Source of the DNA: Camelus ferus
Lineage: Eukaryota
Direction of reading: 5' to 3'
Assembly: GCF_009834535.1 (NCBI RefSeq)
Contig: NC_045710.1
Location: 16,492,001 to 16,556,000 of the forward strand
Length of the DNA stretch: 64,000 bases
Every line of letters begins with the position of its first letter. Within the stretch, counting starts at the first letter, position 1. The position numbers and the translations under genes are program-made. This document shows positions 46,780 to 58,350 of this stretch, piece by piece. Below the pieces are notes generated by a model. It saw only the letters and a list, made by a program, of their open reading frames with translations. It made no database searches and was not told the DNA's origin.

Positions 46780-48270
46780 CTGTTTATTCCACTAGGAATC
46801 AAGATGCACTTGGGCTCAGCCTCCCTCCCTCCACTTTTCTGCTTTCTGTCTCTTAACTTCTTCATGTTCTTATTCAGCCTTCTTTCTTTCCCTCGTCTCT
46901 CAGAGGAAGGAGTGTTTTTGTTTTGCTGATAAGGCTAACCTCCTTACCTGTGCTCTAAACCTTCTCTTATGCCCTCTCATTTTCTAAAAATATTCTGTAA
47001 CATTGTAAAGTCCCTCTCTTAAATCTTCAGTTTCTCCACTTCTCTATTTACGTCTACTTCTAACTTCCTTAAAGAAAGAACAGTCTTAAACTTGCTTTCC
47101 AGTTTCACCCCTCAATCCATTCTAATTTCAGTTCCCTACCCATCACAATACTGAACCTCTTAACAAGATTACTGATAACATCAGAGTCAAAAGCTTCTTG
47201 CAGGCCCTTACTTTCCCTGAACTCTGAACAGTGCTGACATCACTAAAACCCCTGCAGTTCCTGAAGCTCACTCTCTGGTGACTGATGGCTCTTCTTTGGT
47301 CCAGTCCCTCTCCCTTCCTGTTTCACATAATTTCCTAAATAATCTAATTTATGCTTAAGACCTTTCAAATCTATATCTTAATTGTAACTGTATCTTTTGA
47401 GCTCCAGCCTTGTAAACCAAGCTGCCTACTAGGCTTTCCCACCAGGCTGCACCTACTACAGATATTTAACCTGCATGCCTGAAATGTAGTCATTTTTAGA
47501 ACCCTCCACGCCCACTTCTCCTGCACTGCACAATGATACCATCATCCTTTCAGCTACTTACCCTGAAGAGGTACCTTTAACTCCAACTTCTTCCTCACTT
47601 TCCACATTCAATGGATTCCTAACTTTATGCTGATTTCTAATACTCTTTTAAGTCTATCTCCTCTCCTATGTATTTTCATTACTATGGTATTGGTTCACAC
47701 ATCATCTGTCACTTAGCTATTGTAACATCCTCCCTTCCTTTGCTTTCTTCCACCCATCTGGCCTCTATACTACTGCCAGAGCTATCTTCCTAAAATATAT
47801 CCTTGAACTCTCCTCTTAAAAACCTTTGTGGGCTTTCCACTGCCAGTTGCTAAGCACAGCATTAAATGCTTTGTAAATAAACCTCAACTATTCTAACTTC
47901 ACTTCTTAACCCTTTCTTCGAGTCCTATACATTAGTTACACTATAAACAATTCTTGTTTCCTGTAAACTCCTTGTGTTAATATGCCTCAGTGACTTTCCC
48001 CAAACTGTTCTTTCACAGGAATAACTTTCATTCTCTGTTTGATGAAATACTGCTCATTTTTGAATGTTCTACTCAAATGCCCTGCCTGTTATGAAGCCTG
48101 TTGCAATTCCCACAGATTGAAATGAAATGCTCTCCCCTCTATATACCCCTCAAGACTTTGTAAAATATCTTTATTACAACATTTCTCATAAAGTTATTTA
48201 TTTATGTTTGTGTTCATTAGATTATGACTTCTTAATGACAGAAGTTTTTTTTTCCCATTAAATTTCTAGC
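46780..48270 (+). mobile_element. Degenerate L2
   Basis: L2-type text ending cattagattatgacttcttaatgacag...tctagcacataataaaatgtctgg. Confidence 0.6.
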
Positions 48271-48582
48271 ACATAATAAAATGTCTGGAACCTATGGTCA
48301 CACAATAAACATTCCAGAGTGAAGGTGAAATCTGCAGGACTCTATTCTGATGAGGTCTGTGATTTCTTTTTAATAATGTTAATACAACAATACTTGCATC
48401 TTGGTTACATCTAAACAAGAGGCTAAATATATATATATATATAAACACAGTTCTCACATAAATGATTTATTTAAGGAAAAGAAACAACAAAAAAAATCCC
48501 CAAGCCCAAGCTTTTATATTAATTACAAATTAAGAACAATAAAATCAGATTTGTAAAAATTATATTTTGAATTTTTACATTA

Positions 48583-48708
48583 AAAAAATTTTTTGGAAGG
48601 AGTTAGTATTAGGTTTATTCATTTATTTTTAGAGGAGGTACTGGGGATTGAACCCAGAACCTCCTGCATGCTAAGCATGCGCTCTACCACTTGAGCTATA
48701 CCCTCTCA
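48583..48708 (-). mobile_element. Camelid tRNA-derived SINE
   Basis: gaggtactggggattgaacccagaacctcctgcatgctaagcatgcgctctaccacttgagctataccctc. The flanks share aaatt(a/g)tattttgaa. Confidence 0.9.
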
Positions 48709-48947
48709 CACAAATTGTATTTTGAACTCAGAAATCTTAGCTGGTAGCAACTTGATACTATGAGAATAAATTGTTGAGAAACCTCTAATAATTTCTTCAA
48801 CTTCATATCATATATAAATGCTAAGAACAGAAGCCAAACTCTGGTTAAAAGAATAAATGACACCTTTGTACAAAAATCTTCAGTCTATTTTATATGAACC
48901 AGGAGCAATATCAAAGAACAAAGCACACAAAAATTAATGATACATAC

Positions 48948-49092
48948 CTGTCCATGAATAGGTGATACAGATACAGGGGACACAGTGCGAGTAAAAGCTG
49001 ACTTTTTCTGCCATGATGTGTTAACAGTTAGGTTTGAAAACGATACATTTTGATAATCAGTCACTGATGCTGGTTGATTTGAAGAAAGTGAT
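48948..49092 (-). CDS. ITSN2: ITSN2 linker exon ([48 protein letters not shown])
   Basis: tgtttatag acceptor, CAG|gtatgt donor, 145 nt. Confidence 0.95.
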
Positions 49093-49396
49093 CTATAAAC
49101 ATAACAATTAGATATAAATATACTTAGTTGTTTAGAATCTAATGAAGTACTGCCATTTTATCCACCTGTATATAATATACATTGTGTTTAAATACAACTT
49201 ATGGGAAAGATTCATAAACAAACTACTGACCTATGTTTTTATCTACCAAACTTCAGTATTAAATTTGAAACAAAAGGTGCTCGTAGAGAGTTCAGTACAG
49301 ATACAATATGATTAAGTAGCAGGATGACACAAATATACGTATTAGGTATTCTTACATTTGCAGAGACATAAACTCCACTGTTAGCTAAAAACTTAC

Positions 49397-49569
49397 TCAG
49401 AAGTTGAGGTAGCAGATAAAGATACTGTAGGAGGAAGTAAGGCCTTCTTAGGAGACACCGATTTTTCACTTGATGTCATTTTTTCTACATAGTTGCAAGG
49501 AAACCACCCAAAATTTCCTTGAAAACTACCATAAAGCCAACCAGGTTCTCCTATGGTTTTTTCATCAAC
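49397..49569 (-). CDS. ITSN2: ITSN2 exon, SH3A second half ([30 protein letters not shown]...SATSTS)
   Basis: tttccctag acceptor, GA|gtaagt donor, 173 nt. Confidence 0.96.
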
Positions 49570-51185
49570 CTAGGGAAACAAAGAGAAGGGTTAACAGTGG
49601 TTAGAAAGCCACACATTTATGATGGGAATGGATGCAAACCACTGTCTAACAGCCAAATTTTCAGAATTAGAATTCAGAATTCAGGCCCATCTAACTAAAT
49701 AGCAAAGGCATTTCCTACAAATTAATAGGTTACTATCTCTAACGATTGACAAGGTGTCTTTTTACATATTTTTAATTTTATCCAAGTTAATATATAAAAA
49801 TAGTTTACAAAGACAAATAGCATTCTACAGGGCCTATGATAGAAGACCACATGCTCCTTATGCCCTGATTTCCACTCCTAATAGCACCTTGTCCTTCTTA
49901 GCTGTTTCTTCTGTATTATCTTCCACATTTCTAAATAATGTATTTATGCTGCTATTGTTTGAACTTCTCAATTTTAGACATTATCTATTGGTTTTTGGTT
50001 ATAGAAAACAAAAATTTAACTCACGTTTACTGTATCCTCTTATTTTACTAATATTGCTATAACTTTTGGTTAAATTATATTCAATTTTTATATTATTATG
50101 ACTATGTAAATTAATATTTACATCTGAGTCATGCAGTGTTCTGCTAATTACATTTCTAGTTTTGTAAACTTTCTATTTTCCTATGGTTACTCATCACTTC
50201 GTTTTTTGCTTTGTTTTCTCTGTTCCTATTAGAGGATTTTTGAACTCTCAAAGAGAACTAGAAAACTTTCTCCGCATACTATTTTTCACTGGTAAAACAC
50301 ATAGGTGATTTATAGTTTCACTTCTTCTCCCAGACATTTCCCTCCTACAGTCCAACATCCTCTGTCCTCACAGCAGCTCTTCTTCTGCTTCTTGGTCCTT
50401 TGTCCCTTGAACACTGATAATATCTCAAGTTTCATCACTGACTTTTACTTCATGCTACACAACTTCCAGAACAGGCCTCCTCATTCCTACAGTTTGATCA
50501 GTTCTTTTACAATAATGAATCTGAAATGAAAGCTATATTTGCAGAACTGACTTCTTGCCAAAGGGACAAGCCTATACTTTCAATTAATAAGACATCTTCA
50601 ACTGGATGTCCCATAGGAACTTCCAACTTAAGTCTAAGATTGAACTTCTTTTCTCCCTTAATCTACTCCTTCTCCTAAATTCCTTATATCTCTGTAATTC
50701 TTACCAAAGACCTAATCATTTTAAATAAAAAAAATCTTTGGCTCTTACCTCTCTTACATTTCCCTATCCATACTCTGTTGATTTTGCCACTAAAAGGTTT
50801 TCTGAATTCTTTTTCAACCTTACACTCCTAACCTACTTCAGGCTTTTTCCGTTTCACAGCCAGATTATTGTAATCTTTACTCATCCTTCAAGATTCTGTT
50901 AATTGCCCCCAACCCAGGCCAGAATTATCTTAAACTACCATAATTAGCTTTGTTGTACTACATTATTCTTTATTTACATGTATTTCTTCAATTTGTGAGC
51001 CCTTTCATTGACACCCTTGCCCTGCATAATACTAATTTGCAAAAGTCATGAACAAATTAATATGCCAACTGCATCTCTGTTCTCCAGTACATTTTCTACA
51101 CTCTTCAGATGACCCTTCTAAAACAGATTTGACAGCAGAATTCAAATCATGTAGAATTTGTATGGCAAATGACTCTGTATCCATT

Positions 51186-52840
51186 TAGATTTTTAAAAAT
51201 AAGTTTCTGAGGTATAACAAACATATAAAATTCACATTTAAGGTATTAAATTTGTTAAGTTTTGACATATGTATACACTTGTGAAAAATCACCACAATCA
51301 AGATAATAAACACATCCATCACCCCCGAATATTTCTTCTTGCTCCACTGAAAGCACTCCCTTCCACTTCTCCACATGACTCTTGCCTCATTATCCAGGAA
51401 AGCACTGGTCTGCTTTTTGTCATTAAAGATTACTCTGCATGTTCTAGAACTTTCTATAAACAAAATCACACAATACATATCCTTTTTCCTTTTGGTCTGA
51501 CTCCTTTTACTCAGCCTACTGTTTATTATTATTTTGAGATCCATCCATGTTGTAGTGAATGTGAATAGTTCCATCTGATTACTGAGTAGTATTACATTGT
51601 ATGGATGTACCACCATTTGTTTATCTGTTTATACCTACTGATGGACATTTGAACTGTTTTTGGCTATTACAGATAAAGTCACAATGAACATCTGTTTTTG
51701 TACGGACATAATGTTTTCAATTCTCTTAAGTAAAGATCTAGGAGTGGCATGGCTGGCTCATGTGGTGGATCCACGTTTATCTTGTTACAATAACAGCTTT
51801 ATTGAGATAAGATTCACCATACAATCCTCCCATTTAAAGTATACAAATCAATGAATTTTAGTATATTCAGTTGTGCAATCATTACCACAATCAACTACTG
51901 TTTGATGGAGAACAGTCTCCATCAGAAAGAAACCTCGTATTATGTTGTATCTAAGAAATCCTTAAGCAACTCAAAGTCATAAGGATTTTCTCCAATGTTT
52001 TCTTCTAGAAGTTCTACAGTTTTAGGTTTTACATTTCAGGATTTACATTTGATCTATGTTGAGCTAATTTTTATATATGTTGTAAGCAATTAGCCAAAAT
52101 TCATTTTTGTTTATATGGATAGCTAATTGTTCCAGTATTATTTGCTTTTTTGAAAAGAGTATCCCTTCTCAACTGAACTGCCCTTGTAAAAATCAGTTAT
52201 ATAAATATAGAGATGTAGATCTCTTTACCTATTCTGTTCCACTGATCTATTTACCTAACTGGATATTAATACCACACCATCTTGATTACTGTAACTTTAC
52301 AATACACCTGATAATCAGGTAGCATAAGGCCTTCAACTTTGTTCTACTTTTTCTAAAGTTGTTTTGGCTATGAATCAGCTTGTCAATCTCTACCAAAAAG
52401 CCTGGTGGGAGTTTGATCGAAAGTGCCTTGACTATAATAGGAGAATTTGAGGAGAACTGCTTTATCATCAATACTGAGCCTTCCAAATCATGAACATGGT
52501 ATATAGCTTTCCATTTATTTAGGTCTTCAATTTTTCTCAACAATACTTCATAACAGGTCTTGCACATCTTTTATCCATTTTATCTCTAAGCATTTCGTAT
52601 TTTTATGTTATTATAAATGGTATTTTTATTTCAATTTCTGAATATTACTTGCTTGTAAACAGAAACACACTAATTTTTGTATATGATTTGTATCCTGCCA
52701 CACAAGCTTGCTAAACTTACTTATTAGATCTAAAAGCTTTTTTTCTTTTCCAATAGATTCTATGGGATTTTCTACATAGACAATCATGTCTTCTGCAAAT
52801 TAAATCTTACTTCTCCCTTTCCAGTCTCAGCGTCTTTTAT
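51186..52840 (-). mobile_element. L1MC/L1MB-type fragments (3' UTR plus ORF2 end)
   Basis: tgaggtataacaaacatataaaattcac...aatcaccacaatcaagata; ttttcttctagaagttctacagttttagg; ttccatttatttaggtcttc. Confidence 0.8.
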
Positions 52841-53099
52841 TCTATATGAGTCACTGCAGACTTATCACAGTATTTATCCTAGCAGATTCCATCACTGTAG
52901 TTTTAAGCATGTCAAAGTTCAAACTTCTTGGTGTAGAATTCAAGGCCTCTGAAATTATGGTTTCTTTGTCAAGTTTGAGCTTACTTTTCTAGCTTCATCT
53001 CTCAACACCAGTCCCATTTTCTAGGCAAATGGTCAGGTGCTCATATGTTTCAGCATTTTTGTTCAAGCTATTCCTCCTGGCAGGATTTTATGTGGGTTA

Positions 53100-53320
53100 C
53101 GAGAAAGAGCACAGACTTTGGAGGTAAAGAATTACGCTTCAGCTTTAGCCATGCCACCTGGTTGGTAATCTGCTGTGAGATAATGAATACCATCTAAGGC
53201 CTCAGTTTCTTCATCCATAAAATCTGAGGGAAAATACCTGTCCTACCTTCTTCCAGGTTATTTTGAGAATTAAATTAAGAATATTCAAAAAAATGCTTAG
53301 TAAACTGTAAAGCACTAAAC
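53100..53320 (+). mobile_element. MIR
   Basis: gagcacagactttggagg...ggcctcagtttcttcatccataaaat. Confidence 0.65.
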
Positions 53321-54584
53321 AAGTATGAAACAGAATCCTTTGAGTCCTTCCTCCATTCTCTTCTCGGGGAAAACGTTCCCAATTCTATTTGGTTGTGTTA
53401 TTGCTTCATCCTTGGGTTCTGACAGCACTTTATTTCTCTAAGTCATTAATCTAAACTTACCATGTTATATTCTGTACAGTTAAACACACTTCTTTTTTCT
53501 TCCTAAACTTTGACTTCCTTATTCATTTTTATATATCCCCAGGAGGCACATGGTTAGAAACTCAACGAATGTTAACTCGAACGGACTATTCTAAATTAGA
53601 TAAACAACAGATTTAAAGCTTAACTGATAACAAATGGAGTTTTTGTCAGGGCAACTTCATTTGTGTTCATGGTAAATAATTCTCATTTTAATGTTACATG
53701 TCTGGCTATTTATTACATTATTAATAAGATATTTAGAAAATCCCTCAATCAGAGCTGTGGTGGCTAAACCGCACAGACAGCATCACAGCCATGTAACCAC
53801 CATAAAATTGTGTTCTGAAGTAGAACACGAGGAACCACCGATTAAATATCATCCTGTAGATCTAGTTTAAGACTGTTTAAAGTCGCTCAACCAGAGCACT
53901 AAAAATGAAGGCAAGAACACAATTAACCCGAGAAATTATGCAACCTAAACCTGATTTAAGTATTTGGTCTAAAGGCAAGGAATCACTTAAAAGGTATGAG
54001 TACTAGCATTCAAACACTTCTTCCTTTTCCTACAAACTTTAAAAATCATAATTTCTTTAATACTATTTCCTAATATTTTCAACCTTACGAAGAAGAAAAG
54101 GCCCATTCACTTATTTTTCAGAGTGAAACCAACTCTGCTTTGTAAGGGGTCAATTTCAATCAATTTCATATGTATCACTTACAGTTCTAATGAATTTTCA
54201 GTTGTCAATTTACACAGATTAAACCAGAAAGTTTTACATAAATTTTCACAGGCCTAGGGAAACTATTACTTCAGAAGCAGCATTAATAGATAAGGCAGGA
54301 AAAGCAAGCTGTCATGAAAAATGCTGTCAGGGTTCAGTGGAATTTCTTATCTTTTTAATTTTCAATCAAATCTCCTCTGCCACCCTCATCCAATAAGCTG
54401 ATCAGAACTTGCCGCTATCCTGACCAAGAATAACAGAAGCCCTCATATTTGACCTCACCTTCTACCTCAGCAAATTTATGATCCCACCCATCTTTTCATC
54501 CAGCTCTCCAATCACAAAGGAAGAGGTATCAAGTTCTTCCACTACTCTCTCTCCCTGTGCTCTAAGTGCAAACCCTCCAGATTC

Positions 54585-54792
54585 TCATGAATGTTCATCT
54601 CCATCCACTGATCAAAACAGAGAGGTCTGTGACAGGGAGGCATGTGGTACCTTCCTCAGTGCTCTGTGTTCTGTATGTTGATCTGAGTGGTGGTTTCATA
54701 GAAATACATGTGAACATATTATTTGCACTGTATACTCATGACTTATGGCTGTGCATTTTACTAAATGTAAGTCATACTTTAATTAGAAAAAG
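54585..54792 (+). mobile_element. Old L1 3'-end fragment (L1ME/L1MC-like)
   Basis: gttctgtatgttgatctgagtggtggtttcatag...gtgcattttactaaatgtaagtcatactttaatt. Confidence 0.55.
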
Positions 54793-54859
54793 CAATCTTC
54801 CTCTACTAGTGATTTACTCTTCCCAGTATCATTAACTTTTCCCCTCTGAGCTGCAGATC

Positions 54860-55900
54860 TTTTCTATCATTATTTATACTTGCTCAAGCTTCTGCCAAGT
54901 TAAAAAACCAAAAAATAAAAACAAAAAAATAGAACAACTTCCCTCAACCTATATTCCTCATTATTTACCATCTTCACTCCCTTCCTCCTTTAAAAGCCAA
55001 GCTCTTCCAAAGAGTTTTATACATTCATTGGCTCCTCTTCCTCCCTTCCAATTTGTTCCTCAACTCACTGAAATTTGGCTTCTTCCTCCATTTTCTTCAC
55101 TCAATACTGTTCTCAAGGTTAACAATAACTATGCTGTTGCTAATCTATTTTTTTTTTTTTTTTAGTACTGTCTTATTTTACATGTGGACCATTCTTCTCA
55201 AATTTCCCTGGCACTAAACTCCTGTTTTTTCCCCTACCTCCATTCTTTTAGGGCTCCTCTTCCTTTAACAACCCCTTCAGTGTCCATGTTTCTCAGGGAT
55301 TGCATCCTTAATCATGTTCCCCCTTCTTCACTATTCCCTTGGATGATCTCCACTACAGTCATGTCTTCAATTACCACCAGGCACACTGATGACATCCAAG
55401 TTGGCCTCCTCTGATCTCTGCCTGAGATCTCTACTTGAGCTCTCTCTGGGTATCTCTGGATATCCAATTGTTGCCTAGAAATATGAAACTCAGCCTAAAC
55501 TGAAACTCACTTCAATTTCCACTTACATTTCCACCTTCTAATCTTCCTCTCTTAGTGAACGACACTATTATCAACCAAGCTGTCCAGATCACGTATCTGG
55601 TAAGTAACTCATGACTCATTCTTTTACATATTCGGTAGACAACACAAGCACTCAAGAAATTACAGTTAATTTTATGTTCCTGTTGTCACTGCCTCCAGAC
55701 TGGCTCTCTGACCATGGAAGAGGTCTGTTCTAAAGCTGGTAGCAGTCTAGAGCCTTCCTTCCTCTACCTTCTTTTCTCTACTTCTTTACTATGTCTTTCT
55801 CATCAGACTATAAACTCATTAAGAACAGAGACTGTGTTTTGTTCACATATCCCCAGCCTAGCATAGCCCTCAACAAATATTTGCTGAAAGAATAAATAAA
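54860..55900 (+). mobile_element. Degenerate L2
   Basis: Ends cagactataaactcattaagaacagagactgtg...caacaaatatttgctgaaagaataa. Confidence 0.6.
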
Positions 55901-56487
55901 AGATATAACCAAATATACAAGTAGGCTCTTGAAGAAACGTGCCCAGAGATAGGCTGTGTTTACTCATTCTTGGACTTTGATCATCATCAACTAGAAGAGG
56001 AGGAACGGTACGGCCAGCAGACTGTGGACTTAAGCTGCCTGTAAAACAGACTTCCCTCAGTGAGGAGCAACCATGGCACTGTCAGTGTGGTGATGGCAAC
56101 AGAAGGAATGTGTAGCTGGTGATTATTTTGGGTATTTGAATAGATAGTTCTGGTAAACCCTATTGCAAGTATCACTGAATGTTTGCTACCTAACTGATGA
56201 ACAGTGTATGGAGATAAGAGAGTAGACACTGGCTAGGTATTCTAGGTAAATATATAAAATATATTTACTAAGAAGGAAACTGAAGCGGGGACTAAAATCC
56301 AAGCTGGCATGCTTCTAAAGCCTGTATTCTCTTCGGTACATCACAACAGCTCTAACAAATGCTATTCCCTGCATCTTCTCTTATTCATCTATTTTACATG
56401 GTCTGTGATTATATAATAAAAACCTTTTATTCCAAAGAACAAGAGTCTATATCTAGTTAGAGCCACAGAACCTAACTCCTTCAACTA

Positions 56488-56690
56488 TTTTATTTTTTTA
56501 AGTTTGTTTTATTGATTTATAATCATTTTACAATGTTGTGTCAAATTCCAGTGTAGAGCACAATTTTTCAATTATACATGAACATATATATATCCATGGT
56601 CACATTCCTTTCTCTGTGAGCTACCATAAGATCTTATATATATTTCCCTGTGCTATACAGTATAATTTTGTTTATCTAGTCTACAATTTT
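56488..56690 (-). mobile_element. Camelid-type L1 3' end, same sense as ITSN2
   Basis: attgatttataatcattttacaatgttgtgtcaaattccagtgtagagcacaa...gagctaccataagatcttat...ccctgtgctatacagtata, the reverse complement of a young L1 3' terminus. Confidence 0.8.
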
Positions 56691-56781
56691 TTAATGGTTG
56701 CCAGAAAATAACCAGCTCCCCCAAATTTTACTGGTAATTTATTAAAATAACAAAATCAGTATCACGTTTTATGACATATAG

Positions 56782-56990
56782 TAGTATGGCACAGTGGAAA
56801 GAACACTGGATTTGAAAATCAAAGGACATGTACTTGCACCATGCTGCTGACAGTTACAACTTGTGTAAGTCTTCCTTACCTAGAATATGGCAGTAATAAT
56901 AACTGCCCTACACAGCACTGCAGTATGTCATAAGAGCCAAATGAGGCAATGTTTAAGACATATTTTTAAAATGGTAAGTCACCATATAAA
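56782..56990 (+). mobile_element. MIR
   Basis: atggcacagtggaaagaacactggatttg...taataataactgccctacacag. Confidence 0.55.
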
Positions 56991-57082
56991 ATTATATTCA
57001 ATATTATTATTATAGAAAGTAATATGTTACATTGCATTCAGCTTATTCATGAGAAGAAAAAAAAAAAAAGACTGTTTCCTAC

Positions 57083-57180
57083 CTGTATTATATCCCCAGA
57101 ATTAAAACTCATTTCATCGTGGCTCCTTGCTTCAAAGTGATATAATGCTCTGTAATTCACCAAAGCACCAGTTGGCTCAC
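57083..57180 (-). CDS. ITSN2: ITSN2 exon, SH3A first half ([32 protein letters not shown])
   Basis: ttctctttag acceptor, CAG|gtagga donor, 98 nt. Confidence 0.96.
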
Positions 57181-58213
57181 CTAAAGAGAAGATAACTGTC
57201 ATTATTTGCTGCTTTCCTATATACACTCATCTTTGCTATGACTCAATAAACAGCTCAAAAAAAAAAAACAAAAAACTCAAAAACCTGAGCAAAGAGTATA
57301 ATGAAAATCCATTTGATATGGGCTTGTTAGGACTTAAGTATCTTCAATAGGCATAGAATCAATATAAAAACAAACAAGGCTGTGCATCTTAACTAAAGCA
57401 GGAGGCAGTAAAACAAAGAGACCACTTGCAGGGTGGGCCATGTGCATGGATAAGGGAAGGTCCAGGAGTGGTGACTAAGTGTGCAAAGTGGAGGGAGGCT
57501 AAGCTGCAAGAGGCTTAATTTGATCTGTGGAGGTCAGAATATCAAAGGAAAGAAGAGCACAAAGGGAGGTCACAGATGAGAAGATCAGCAAGTAAACACC
57601 GTTGACTGAAGAAAGATCTACAGATTTATCGGTATGATTCTAAAAAACACAGTAGAAGAGTTCACAAGTACACTAGATGTAACAGATTAAAGATACTTTG
57701 CTCATTAATAGAATAAATGCTTTACCTTGTAACATTTTCAGCACATTGTATCATTAATAAGCATTCAAAAGAAATACAATAATATTTAAAGTATTTTGGA
57801 AATGGACTTCGTGGTGTTTCCAAAGTATATCTTCTGAGAAAATTTCAGTGTGCAAAGACTTAAAATTTTACTGTTGCTTCATTAAAATAAATAGTTACAC
57901 TGGTGGAATAAAAATATTTTAAACTATTTACTTCAATAATGAAAACTCTGTTCAGGGTTTTATTCATAGTTTGTGATAACTATCTTCTTTGCTCCGTGTT
58001 GTTTTAAGATTTCTACCCTCAGTCTGTCTTAAACCTACAAACTTCTCTTATCCAAGTTTAATTTAGAAAATGTTTTTTTTCTGACTCTAAGGATCAGCAT
58101 CTGTTTTAATTTTCTTCTTCTTTTTTTTTTTTGTTCATCAGAATCTTTTTCTTATTGCTTTTGTTGCTCTGTTTCAGAAAAATCAAACGAATTATTTTTA
58201 CCCTTATCCTTAC

Positions 58214-58350
58214 ATTGTTTCTCCTCAGCTTTCCGCTCCTCTTCTTGAACTTTCTCTTGTGCTTTTTCTTCTTGAAGTCGCTTTTGTTTTTCTTCTTCCT
58301 CCTTTTTAAGACTTTCTTTCCATAAGTTTTCTTTTGCTTGTTTTGCTTTC
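58214..58350 (-). CDS. ITSN2: ITSN2 exon, end of coiled coil ([28 protein letters not shown]...AEEKQ)
   Basis: catgtaaag acceptor, T|gtaagg donor, 137 nt. An alternative in-frame donor would extend the exon to 58202. The ORF track shows other frames. Confidence 0.92.

Noticed and set aside
46948-46983. 36-nt pseudo-exon with a CAG|GTAAGG donor; similar isolated donors near 46478, 54180, 56879 and 59650
   Set aside because: They lie in or next to L2 or MIR relics, or lack a good partner site. They show how common such motifs are, which is also a caveat for the poison-exon findings.
49570-57082. An ITSN1-like neuronal SH3A microexon (VKGEW) in the equivalent intron
   Set aside because: I saw no matching 15-nt exon with splice sites by eye, and it is known as an ITSN1 feature.
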